Of a stretch of 64,000 nucleotides of DNA, positions 8,447 through 17,731 are shown piece after piece. The notes under the pieces were generated by a model. The model was not told the origin of the DNA. It was given only the letters and a program-made list of their open reading frames with translations, and did no database searches. The stretch is from Thermoanaerobaculia bacterium (GTDB lineage: Bacteria > Acidobacteriota > Thermoanaerobaculia > UBA5066). The DNA lies in assembly GCA_963719225.1 (NCBI GenBank), contig CAVRAY010000001.1, positions 1,504,001 to 1,568,000 on the forward strand, read 5' to 3'. A program made the position numbers and the translations under genes. How positions within the stretch are numbered: the first letter of the stretch is position 1; the number at the start of each line of letters is the position of its first letter.

Positions 8447-11396
8447 CTCCCTCGTTCCTGCGGCCGTTCATCTTGATGAGGACGGGGCGCTCGAACGTCA
8501 GGTGCCTCACGCACGACTTCGCGCTCGCGACCGCCTGCGCCGAGAGCCAGTCCCAGTCGACGAAGCCGTCTCCGAGCTCCGGGTTGACGGTGAAGTAGCC
8601 CGTGTCGTTCGCGGTGAGGTTCTGGAAGAAATGAGTGCCCTGTGAGGGCGTCACGCGGAAGTCCTTGAAGCCGGTCTCGACGATGACGCGCGCGCCGGAG
8701 ATCTGGTCCCACGTGACCGGAATTCCGAGGAACGGGTCCGCCGACCCCCAGCGACCCACTCCGATGAGGACATAGGGAGTTCCCCGGCTGGAAAGGTGCG
8801 CGTTGAAGGCGGCGACCTCGTCCGCCGCGACACGGCTTTTCGAACGGTCGAAGCGGTCGTAATCGACGACGACGAGGTCGCGGACGTCTTCGATGCGGCC
8901 GTTCCCGAGAACAGTCGCGCTCTGACAGACGAGGTCCTCGCGCGCGACGTCGCCGATCTGGAGCTCGGTCAGCTCCCTCGAGAGAGCCAGCGGCCGGAGC
9001 TGCAGGAAGCCGAACTCCTTCAGCGCGCTCTCCGGCTTCAGGAGGTCGACGGCGAACTCGATCTCCACCGGGGCTCCCGTGCCGCGCGTCGCGACCCGGA
9101 GCAGCGCGGCCAGGATCTCGGCCAGCGGGAAGGTCTCGTGCTTGAGGATCGGAGCGAACGTGACGAGGCGGATGCCGGGGCGCGAGATGCCGTCGTAAAC
9201 GGCTTCGTTTTCCGGGGAGTACGTGGAGGCCACGAGAGCCAGCGTCCCATCCTCTTCGGCCGCCTCGAGGCCGTGGCGCTCGAGCACGAACTCGTGGAGG
9301 GCGGGCCGCGCCTGCGAGTTCTCGAGGTCCAGGGCGAAGAACTCCCGCTGCGAATTCTGACGGATGTCCTCGACGGACGAGAACTGCACGAGGTGGCGGG
9401 GGTATTTCGGGCAGAACCTCACGCAGGCCTCGCCGTCCACGACGCTTTCCCCGAAGCCGAGGGCGACGGCCGCGATGCCGTCCTCCGTCCGGATGGGCGA
9501 CGACGGATAGAAGTTGTGCGACCGCGCCACGCCCGAGAGGGACGGGTAGAAGCGACCGCCGTGCGAGGCCCCCACGATCCGCTGGAGGACGACGGCCATC
9601 TTTTCCTCTTCGAGACGGTAGGGAGTAGCGTCCAGATAGGACTTCGCGCGATGGGAGAACGTGGAGGCGTAGACCCGCTTGATGGCCGCGAGGAGCTGGG
9701 AGAGGCGGATCGCGCGGCTGCCGTGGTTGTTCGGCAGCATGTACGTCTCGTAGACGCCGGCGAAGGGCTGGTACTGCGAGTCCTCGAGAAGGCTCGAGGA
9801 GCGCACGGCGATCGGGTAAGGAACAGCCCTGAGGTACGTATCCAGGTCCTGCGCGGTCTCCTCGGGGAACGCGGCCGCGTGGAAGCGCCGGCGGATGGCC
9901 GTGTCGTCGTCCGTCTCGATCGCGAAGTCTCGCAGGCCGTTCTCGTCGAGGAACCGGTCGAAGAGGTCCGAGCCGAGCACGACGGCGGAGGGAACGGAGA
10001 TGTTGACGTTCTGAAAGCGGCTTCGGACCCGGTCGTCGTCCAGGAGCACGTTGACGAACGCGAGGCCGCGCGCCTTGCCGCCGAGGGACCCGCCGCCGAG
10101 GCGCCAGAATCCCGGCGAGCCGTCGAACGTGGCACGGTCGAAATCGGCCACGATGCGCCGGCCACGTTGCGTGCGGTACTCCTGGATCGAGCGGATCAGC
10201 TCCCGCCTCAGGTTCTCCAGGCCGCCGAAGTCGGCGACCGTGCGCGGCCGGAGGCTGTGGGCGAGAGCGAACTCGGTGCGGGCCTTCAGCCAGGTCGAGA
10301 AGTGGTTTCGCTCGCCGTGATAGGCGAGGCAAGAGGCGGGAACGGTGTGGAGCATCTCCTCCAGCGCCTTCAGGTCGTGCGCCCGCCCCACCTCGGTGCC
10401 GTCGGGCAGGCGGAACAGAAAATCGCCGAAGCCGAAGTTCTCGACCATGAAATGCCGGAGCTGCTGGAGGAGGACGGGCGAGCCCTTCAGGTGAAAGGTG
10501 GCGCCGACCTCTTTCGCGAGCGCCGCGTTCTCCTGGCGGCTGGACTGGAGCATGAACGGAATGTCGGGCTGCTCCTCGCGCACCCGTCGCGCGAGCTCCA
10601 CGCCGGCCAACGGGGTGAGCGTCCCGCCCCGCGGGAACTCGATGTCGGAGATGATTCCCAGGACGTTCTCCCGGTAGGTCTCGAAGAGGTCCCAGGCCTC
10701 CTCGAAGGTGCGGCAGAGAACGATCTTGGGCCGCGCCTTGAGCCGCATGAGCTTGTGCGAGAGGTTGATTCCCTCCGGCGCGAGGTTGTGCGACTGCTTG
10801 ATCACCTCGGTGTAGAGCACCGGCAGGAACGAGGAGGCGAAGGGCACGCTGTCCTCGACGAGGATGATCGCCTGAACTCCCTTCACGCCCGTGTCGTGCG
10901 CGAGGTTCATGCGGTCCTCGACCAACTTCACGATCGCCAGGAGGATCCGCACGTCGCCCCGCCAGAGGTAGATCCCGTCGAGGGCGGAGACGTCGTGCCG
11001 CTCGAGGAGGAGGGCGAGCTCGCGGTGGTCGTAGGCGAGGACGACGACGTGGGCTTTCACGCCGGCCTCCTTGAGCCGGCGCGCGAGCGCCGGGGCGTCC
11101 ATGTCGCCCACGTGGAGGGACGTGATGACGAGGTTGAAGCGGGGCTCCGCGCGCGCCCTCTCGAGCGCCTCCTCGCCCGTGGAGACGCGGGTGATGCCCG
11201 GAACGTGCCGGAGGTTCAGCTCGAGAGATTCGGAAAGGATCCGCTCGTTCAGCTGGCCGTCCTCGGCCAGGATGAAGTAATCGTAGAGGCTCGAGACGAG
11301 CAGGATGTCCTGGACCCGGTACTGCATCAGGTCGTGGAACCCGCCCCACGGACTCTCCGAGCGGAGGGACGGGCCGTCCGGGCCTCGTTCGGACAT
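8397..11396 (-). CDS. Tandem receiver (REC)-like domains + PPDK_N ATP-grasp + SQGTHFF domain protein
   Basis: ILLVSS.../IILVEDS...GIISDIEFP...LQSS...LKGS receiver-like motifs; LGGKARGL, AVRSSSLLED, FAGVY, VEIEFA, FLQLRP; GVGRWGS, SQGTHFF. Start MSERG follows GGGGAG. Confidence 0.85.
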   Translation of the reverse strand: MSERGPDGPSLRSESPWGGFHDLMQYRVQDILLVSSLYDYFILAEDGQLNERILSESLELNLRHVPGITRVSTGEEALERARAEPRFNLVITSLHVGDMDAPALARRLKEAGVKAHVVVLAYDHRELALLLERHDVSALDGIYLWRGDVRILLAIVKLVEDRMNLAHDTGVKGVQAIILVEDSVPFASSFLPVLYTEVIKQSHNLAPEGINLSHKLMRLKARPKIVLCRTFEEAWDLFETYRENVLGIISDIEFPRGGTLTPLAGVELARRVREEQPDIPFMLQSSRQENAALAKEVGATFHLKGSPVLLQQLRHFMVENFGFGDFLFRLPDGTEVGRAHDLKALEEMLHTVPASCLAYHGERNHFSTWLKARTEFALAHSLRPRTVADFGGLENLRRELIRSIQEYRTQRGRRIVADFDRATFDGSPGFWRLGGGSLGGKARGLAFVNVLLDDDRVRSRFQNVNISVPSAVVLGSDLFDRFLDENGLRDFAIETDDDTAIRRRFHAAAFPEETAQDLDTYLRAVPYPIAVRSSSLLEDSQYQPFAGVYETYMLPNNHGSRAIRLSQLLAAIKRVYASTFSHRAKSYLDATPYRLEEEKMAVVLQRIVGASHGGRFYPSLSGVARSHNFYPSSPIRTEDGIAAVALGFGESVVDGEACVRFCPKYPRHLVQFSSVEDIRQNSQREFFALDLENSQARPALHEFVLERHGLEAAEEDGTLALVASTYSPENEAVYDGISRPGIRLVTFAPILKHETFPLAEILAALLRVATRGTGAPVEIEFAVDLLKPESALKEFGFLQLRPLALSRELTELQIGDVAREDLVCQSATVLGNGRIEDVRDLVVVDYDRFDRSKSRVAADEVAAFNAHLSSRGTPYVLIGVGRWGSADPFLGIPVTWDQISGARVIVETGFKDFRVTPSQGTHFFQNLTANDTGYFTVNPELGDGFVDWDWLSAQAVASAKSCVRHLTFERPVLIKMNGRRNEGVILKPSFQGSGTAPRP

Positions 11397-11457
11397 CGAT
11401 GACTCCCCGGGAAGCGGCGTGAAGGAAGAATCCTCCACGCCGCCTCCGGGGCCTAGG

Positions 11458-12894
11458 TTAGACGAGTCCCTGGTCGATCATCGAGTCGGCGACCTTGATG
11501 AAGCCGGCGATGTTCGCCCCGTTGACGTAGTTGCCGGGCGTCCCGAACTTCTCGGCCGTCTCACGGCAGGCCGCGTGGATCGACTTCATGATGAGATGCA
11601 GCCGGTTGTCCACTTCCTCGCGAGTCCACGAGAGGCGCATGCTGTTCTGCGACATCTCCAGCCCCGAGGTCGCGACGCCGCCCGCATTGGCGGCCTTTCC
11701 GGGCCCGTAGAGAATACCGGCGTCGAGGAAGACCTTCACGCCGTCGAGCGTCGTCGGCATGTTGGCGCCCTCGGCCACTGCGTAGACGCCGCCCCTCAGG
11801 AGGTGGGCCGCGTCGAAGCCGTTGATCTCGTTCTGCGTTGCGCTCGGGAAGGCGCACTGCGCCTTGTGGGCCCAGAGCGGGTTGTGGTCGAGCTTCGGGT
11901 TCACCGGCGTGAAGACGACGCCCTTGTACTTGTCGGCGTACTCCTTGATGCGGCCGCGCCGGACGTTCTTGAGGTCCATCACGAAGGCCAGCTTCTCGGC
12001 CGTGATTCCCGCCTCGTCGTAGATGTAGCCCTCCGAGTCGGAGAGAGTCACGGGCTTCGCCTTGAGCTGCAGGAGCTTCTCGACCGTGTACTGCGAGACG
12101 TTGCCGCTGCCCGAGACGAGACAGGTCTTGCCTTCCAGCGTCTGACCCCTCGTCGCGAGCATCTCGGACGCGAAGTAGACGGCGCCGTAGCCGGTGGCTT
12201 CCGGGCGGATCAGCGAGCCGCCCCAGGAGAGGCCCTTGCCCGTCAGGACGCCGGAGAACTCGTTCCGGAGCCGCTTGTACTGGCCGAACAGGAAGCCGAT
12301 CTCGCGCCCGCCCACGCCGATGTCACCGGCCGGAACGTCGGTGTCGGGTCCGATGTGGCGGAACAGCTCCGTCATGAAGCTCTGGCAGAAGCGCATGACC
12401 TCGCCGTCGCTCTTGCCCTTCGGGTCGAAGTCGGAACCACCCTTGGCGCCGCCCATCGGCAGCGTCGTCAAGGAGTTCTTGAGGACCTGCTCGAAGGCCA
12501 GGAACTTCAGGATTCCCAGGTTGACCGAGGGGTGGAAGCGGAGCCCTCCCTTGTAGGGCCCGATGGCGCTGTTCATCTGGATCCGGAAGCCCCTGTTGAT
12601 TCTGTAGGTCCCCTGGTCGTCCTGCCACGGAACCCGGAACATGAGGACGCGCTCGGGCTCGATGATGCGCTCCAGGACCTTCGCGCTCCGGTACTCCGGC
12701 CGCTGCTCGAGGACGAGCTGAAGCGAGTCTGCAACCTCCTCGACGGCCTGGTGGAACTCGGGTTCGGCCGGATTCTTGGCCTTGACCTCGGCCATCAGGT
12801 TCTTCACATACACGGATTTGGATCCTCCCGTGGGACGCCCCGGCTTTTTCCCGACCTCGACCTCGGCATCGAGGGTCTTGACACTTTCTGACAT
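11458..12894 (-). CDS. gdhA: NADP-specific glutamate dehydrogenase
   Basis: EPEFHQAV, GPYKGGLRFHPSVNLGILKFLAFEQ, KNSLTTLPMGGAKGGSDFDPKGKS, GSLIRPEATGYG, SGSGNV, PGKAANAGGVATSGLEMSQN; AGGAGG RBS. Confidence 0.95.
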   Translation of the reverse strand: MSESVKTLDAEVEVGKKPGRPTGGSKSVYVKNLMAEVKAKNPAEPEFHQAVEEVADSLQLVLEQRPEYRSAKVLERIIEPERVLMFRVPWQDDQGTYRINRGFRIQMNSAIGPYKGGLRFHPSVNLGILKFLAFEQVLKNSLTTLPMGGAKGGSDFDPKGKSDGEVMRFCQSFMTELFRHIGPDTDVPAGDIGVGGREIGFLFGQYKRLRNEFSGVLTGKGLSWGGSLIRPEATGYGAVYFASEMLATRGQTLEGKTCLVSGSGNVSQYTVEKLLQLKAKPVTLSDSEGYIYDEAGITAEKLAFVMDLKNVRRGRIKEYADKYKGVVFTPVNPKLDHNPLWAHKAQCAFPSATQNEINGFDAAHLLRGGVYAVAEGANMPTTLDGVKVFLDAGILYGPGKAANAGGVATSGLEMSQNSMRLSWTREEVDNRLHLIMKSIHAACRETAEKFGTPGNYVNGANIAGFIKVADSMIDQGLV

Positions 12895-13220
12895 GAGTCC
12901 TCCTGTTTGATTCTATTCGGCCCGCCGGTTTTTCGCCGGACTGGAGGTCGAACGCGGAGTCCGAATCGAGGGCAACTCCCTACAGGATGCGTCCGGGCCT
13001 GGCCGAAAGACTGATGCACCTTACCTAGTGGCCGGACAAACTGCGGGGCTCCAAGATTTCCTCGAGACCGATTGACGGCGCCCCTCGATCCCGCGATAGG
13101 ATCGGGACGCATCTCGGAAAGATTTTTCATGACTTCGTCTTCACGAAATGTTTACAGCCGACTGCAAGTCTGCGTGTTGTTTTCCTTCCTTTCATTTCCA
13201 ATTTCAGCAGAGGTGACTAC

Positions 13221-16200
13221 ATGAAACTGCGTTCCCGTCTCGGATTTCCGTTCGCCTTTGTCTCGATGGCGGCCCTCCTTTTATCGGCCGCCCCGGCGCC
13301 CGGCCAGGAGACCACCGGCGGCCTTCAGGGCGCCGTGACCATGAAGTCCGACAAGAGCCCCCTCCCCGGCGTGACGGTGGAGGCCGTTCACGTCCCCACC
13401 GGCACGCGGTTCACGTCCGTGACCACGTCCACTGGACGGTTCACGATCCTCAACGTCCGCGTGGGCGGCCCCTACACGGTGACCGCGAAGATCGCGGGCT
13501 TCAAGACGGAGACTCTCAGGGACATCGACGTCGCCCTCGGGGAAAAGCGCGATCTCGAATTCGAGCTGGAAGTCCAGGCGAGGGCGGAGACCGTCAGCGT
13601 CACGGCCGAAGCGGAGCCGCTCATCAGCCCGAACCGGATGGGCTCCACGCAGTCGGTCTCGCAGAACGAGATCAAGTCGCTGCCGACGATCAGCCGGCAG
13701 TTCCAGGACTTCGTGAGGACGAACCCGTACGCCAACGTGCAGCCCTACGATTCGACGCAGACGGCCATCTCCATCGCGGGGATGAACAACCGGTACAACA
13801 CGATCCAGATCGACGGCGCCGTCAACAACGACCTGTTCGGCCTCGCCGCGACCGGCACGCCGGGCGGCCAGACGAACACGCAGCCCATCTCGCTCGACAC
13901 GATCCAGGAGATCCAGGTCGCCGTCTCGCCCTACGACATCAAGCAGGGCGGGTTCACGGGCGGCGCTATCAACGCGATCACGAAGAGCGGAACGAACGAC
14001 TTCCACGGCTCCGTCTACGGCTCGACGCGGGACGAGAAGTACGTCAGCAGCGACGTCCCGCAGGCCTACGGCGACGCGCTCCACAAGCCGATCGCGACGT
14101 TCGACTCGGACCAGTACGGCGCCCGCGTGGGCGGACCGATCCTGAGGGACAAGCTCTTCTTCTTCGGGAGCGTCGAGCGGAACAAGCTTTCGCAGCCGAC
14201 GGGCGGCTCCGCCGACGGATCCACGAGCAACTCGTACAAGGACCCGGCACAGGCAGCGCTCTTCAAGAGCGTGCTCACCACCAAGTACGGCTACGACCCG
14301 GGCGGCCTCGGGGACTACAACCAGAGGACGAACAGCGACCTGCTGCTCGGTAAGCTCGACTTCAACGCGGCCGCGAGCCACCAGCTCTCGCTCCGGTACA
14401 ACTACGTCGACGCCCTGACCGACACTCTGGGTTCGAGCCGCAGCTTCAACGCCTACGCGTTCGAGGGGGCCGGCTACACGTTCGCCAACAAGACGAACTC
14501 GGGAGTGCTGCAGCTCAACAGTGTCTTCGGCACGAGCTCGTTCAACCAGGGCCGCGTCGGCTACCAGACCATTCGTGACAGCCGGCAGGTGCCCGCGGCG
14601 TTCCCGTCGGTTTACATCTGTGCGACTCCCAACTCGTTCTGCACCGGGTCCAACGCGTACCAGCTGGTCGCCGGGACCGAGCGCTCGTCCGGGGCGAACG
14701 CGCTCAACCAGGACATCTTCGAGGTCACGGACGACTTCACGGTGATCAAGGGCAACCACACGCTAACGATCGGGACGCACAACGAGTTCTTCAAGTTCGA
14801 GAACCTCTTCATCCAGGACATCACCGGGACGTACTTCTTCAACAGCGTCGACGCGCCCGGCGACGCCCACAGCCTCAATAGCGGAAACGCCGCCCGATAC
14901 CAGGTCAAGTTCGCGAACGGGGCCGATCCGCGCCGCCCGACCCAATTCGCCGCCCAGCAGTGGGGTCTCTACGCGGGCGACCAATGGAGAGTCAACGAAA
15001 AGCTCACGCTGACCCTCGGCGTGAGGTTCGATCTCCCGCGGCTCACGGACCAGCCGACGTACAACCCGCTCGTCGACACCACGTTCGGGATCGATACGAC
15101 CGACGTCCCGACCAACAACCTCATGTTCTCGCCTCGCCTCGGCTTCAACTTCAACCCGACCGGTGGCGGCAGGGACCAGATCCGCGGGGGCATCGGCGTC
15201 TTCGCGGGCCGCACACCGTTCGTCTGGATCTCCAACGCCTACGGCGGCACCGGCATCGAGATCACGGGCCTGAGCGCGAGCAACGTCCCCTTCAACGCGG
15301 ATCCCAACAACCCGCCCAAGAACTTCCCCCCGGGACGGCCGCCGTCTCGGTCGACACCGTCGATCCCGATTTCAAGTTCCCCCAGGTTCTTCGCAGCACC
15401 CTGGCGTACGACCGGGAGCTCCCGTACGGGATCCGAGGTACGGTCGAGTTCATGTTCACGAAGACGCTGAAGGACGTCTTCTATTACAACAGGAACAAGG
15501 TCCCGAGCGGGGCCACGACGTTCTACGGATCGCCTGTCTACAAGAACTTCAATTCCGGGTTCTCGAACGTCACGTTCCTGACGAACACGACCCGGGGCGA
15601 GCAGCAGAACCTCAACGTGATGCTCGAGAAGCGCTTCCCCTTCGGCCTCTACGTCAACGGGTCGTACGCCTACATGAACGCGAAGTCCGCGTTCGAGGCG
15701 ACGTCCAGCGTGGCGTTCTCGAACTGGCAGTTCCAGACGACGGACGGCAACATCGATACCCAGCAGCTCACGCGCTCCTTCTTCGACGTGCCGCATCGCT
15801 TCAACATCGTTCTGACGCAGGCGTTCAAGACGGGGCCTCTGCTCCACAACGTCGGGCTGGTCTACTTCGCTCAGTCGGGGCAGCCCTATTCGATCCTGAT
15901 GGGGGGAGACCCGAACAGCGACGGTGGCTTCAGCAACGACCAGATTTTCGTTCCCCAGAACTACAGCGACGTCGTCTGGGCCGGAGCGGGAGCTCCCACC
16001 GAAGACAAGTGGAACACGTTCCTCGCGACGACGGGTCTCGACAAATACAGGGGCCGGGTCGCGCCGCGCAACGCGCTCAGCGCCCCCTGGATCCACACCC
16101 TGGACTTCCACTACGACATCACGCTGCCCATCTCGGTCGTCCAGGTCCAGCTCACGTTCGACGTCTTGAACCTGATCAACCTGATCGACAGCAACTCGGG

Positions 16201-16381
16201 ACTCCTCCGTTACGTCAACTTCCAGACGTACACGGCGCTCACCGCCTCCAAAACCGTCGACGCGGCGGGCAGGCCGACCTACACGGTCAACTCGGGCGCG
16301 CTCGACGAGGGGCGGCAGTACAGCACGAACGACCTCCGCTCGCGCTACCAGCTGAAGTGGGGAGCGCGCCTTTCCTTCTAG
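13221..16381 (+). pseudogene. Oar-like TonB-dependent receptor with N-terminal carboxypeptidase-regulatory-like domain, frameshifted at a C6 run (15326-15331)
   Basis: Signal peptide, GGPYTV, IDGAVNNDLFG, GGAINAITKSGTN, SPRLGF in frame 1; barrel strands and terminal ...WGARLSF in frame 2. One extra C gives NFPPGTAAVSVD and joins the two ORFs. Confidence 0.85.
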
Positions 16382-16404
16382 CTCCAGACCCTCTCATTTC
16401 CTGC

Positions 16405-16438
16405 AAGCGCCGGGACTTCATGTTCCGGCGCTTTTTTT
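16405..16438 (+). terminator. Rho-independent terminator
   Basis: AAGCGCCGGGAC-TTCAT-GTTCCGGCGCTT hairpin followed by a T run, just after the receptor stop. Confidence 0.85.
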
Positions 16439-16504
16439 GATGCATTCGCTTTCTAAGAGATTCTTCTTCTTTCCGATATTCTACGGTCGCGGAGGAGTTT
16501 TTCG

Positions 16505-17680
16505 ATGCCCGTTACCGCTGAAACGCCCGCGATCCCGCCCGTGTCCGTCCTCTCCGACCACGAGCGGGAGCTCGCAGAAGGCGTTTACGACTTCGCCCTG
16601 GAGGCGATCGGCCCGAGAGTCCGGGAGATGGACCAGGCGAACGTCATGGACCCGGACCTCATCCGGAAGTTCTTCGACCTCGATCTCATGGGAATCGAGA
16701 TCCCGGAAGAGTACGGCGGCCTCGGCGCGAATTTCGGCACGTCCATCGCCATCATCGAGGCGCTCGCGCGCGTCGACGCCGCCTGCGCCGTCGTCGTGGA
16801 CGTCCAGAACACCCTCGTGAACAACGCGCTCCTGCGCTGGGGCTCGCCGGCTCTGCAGAAGAAGTACTTCCCGCAGCTCGCGAAGCAGAAAGTCGCCTCG
16901 TACGCGCTGTCGGAGGCCGGGTCGGGATCCGACGCGTTCGCGCTCGCGACGACGGCGACGCCGAAGGGCGACCGCTACATCCTCAACGGCGAGAAGCTCT
17001 GGATCACGAACGGCCTCGAGTCCGAGCTGTTCCTCGTCTTCGCGACCGTCGACAAGAGCAAGGGCTATAAGGGCATCACCGCGTTCTTCGTCGAGTCGCA
17101 GTGGAAAGGCTTCCACAAGGGTAAGAAGGAAGACAAGCTCGGAATCCGCGCGTCTTCCACACTCGCGCTCGCGTTCGAGGACCTCGAGGTGCCCGCCGAG
17201 AACGTCGTCGGCAACGTGGGCGAGGGATACAAGATCGCGATCGAGACGCTGAACGAAGGCCGCATCGGGATCGGCGCGCAGATGCTCGGCATCTCGCGCA
17301 ACGCGCTCGACTACACGGCGAAATACGTGAAGGAGCGCCGGCAGTTCGGCCAGCCTCTCGCGCAGTTCCAGGCCGTTCAGCACGAGCTCGCGCGCATGGA
17401 CATGGAGATCGAGTGCGCGCGCCTCGCCGTCTACAACGCGGCGCGCCTGAAGGAAAACGGCCTGCCGTTCGCGCGGGAGGCCGCGATCGCGAAGCTCAAG
17501 GGCTCCGAGGTCGCCGAGATGTGCACGTCGCGAGGGCTGGAGCTCCTCGGCGGCTACGGCTACGTGAAGGACTATCCCCTCGAGAAGCTGTTCCGCGACG
17601 CGAAGATCGGAAAGATCTACGAGGGAACGTCGTTCATGCAGCTCAACACGATCGCGAAGGACGTCCTGAAGCGCGCCTGA
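16505..17680 (+). CDS. Acyl-CoA dehydrogenase (short/branched-chain type)
   Basis: YALSEAGSGSDA, NGEKLWITNG, KLGIRASST, LNEGRIGIGAQ, RRQFGQ, LGGYGY, KIYEGTS. Confidence 0.93.
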   Translation: MPVTAETPAIPPVSVLSDHERELAEGVYDFALEAIGPRVREMDQANVMDPDLIRKFFDLDLMGIEIPEEYGGLGANFGTSIAIIEALARVDAACAVVVDVQNTLVNNALLRWGSPALQKKYFPQLAKQKVASYALSEAGSGSDAFALATTATPKGDRYILNGEKLWITNGLESELFLVFATVDKSKGYKGITAFFVESQWKGFHKGKKEDKLGIRASSTLALAFEDLEVPAENVVGNVGEGYKIAIETLNEGRIGIGAQMLGISRNALDYTAKYVKERRQFGQPLAQFQAVQHELARMDMEIECARLAVYNAARLKENGLPFAREAAIAKLKGSEVAEMCTSRGLELLGGYGYVKDYPLEKLFRDAKIGKIYEGTSFMQLNTIAKDVLKRA

Positions 17681-17731
17681 CGGGCCTTCATCGCGCCGGA
17701 CGCCAGAAGGGCAGGCTATCCTCTCCCGCTG

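Noticed and set aside
3504-11396. Annotation as phosphoenolpyruvate synthase (ppsA) or PPDK
   Set aside because: No C-terminal PEP/pyruvate TIM barrel and no canonical GGxTSHAAI motif in any of the three proteins.
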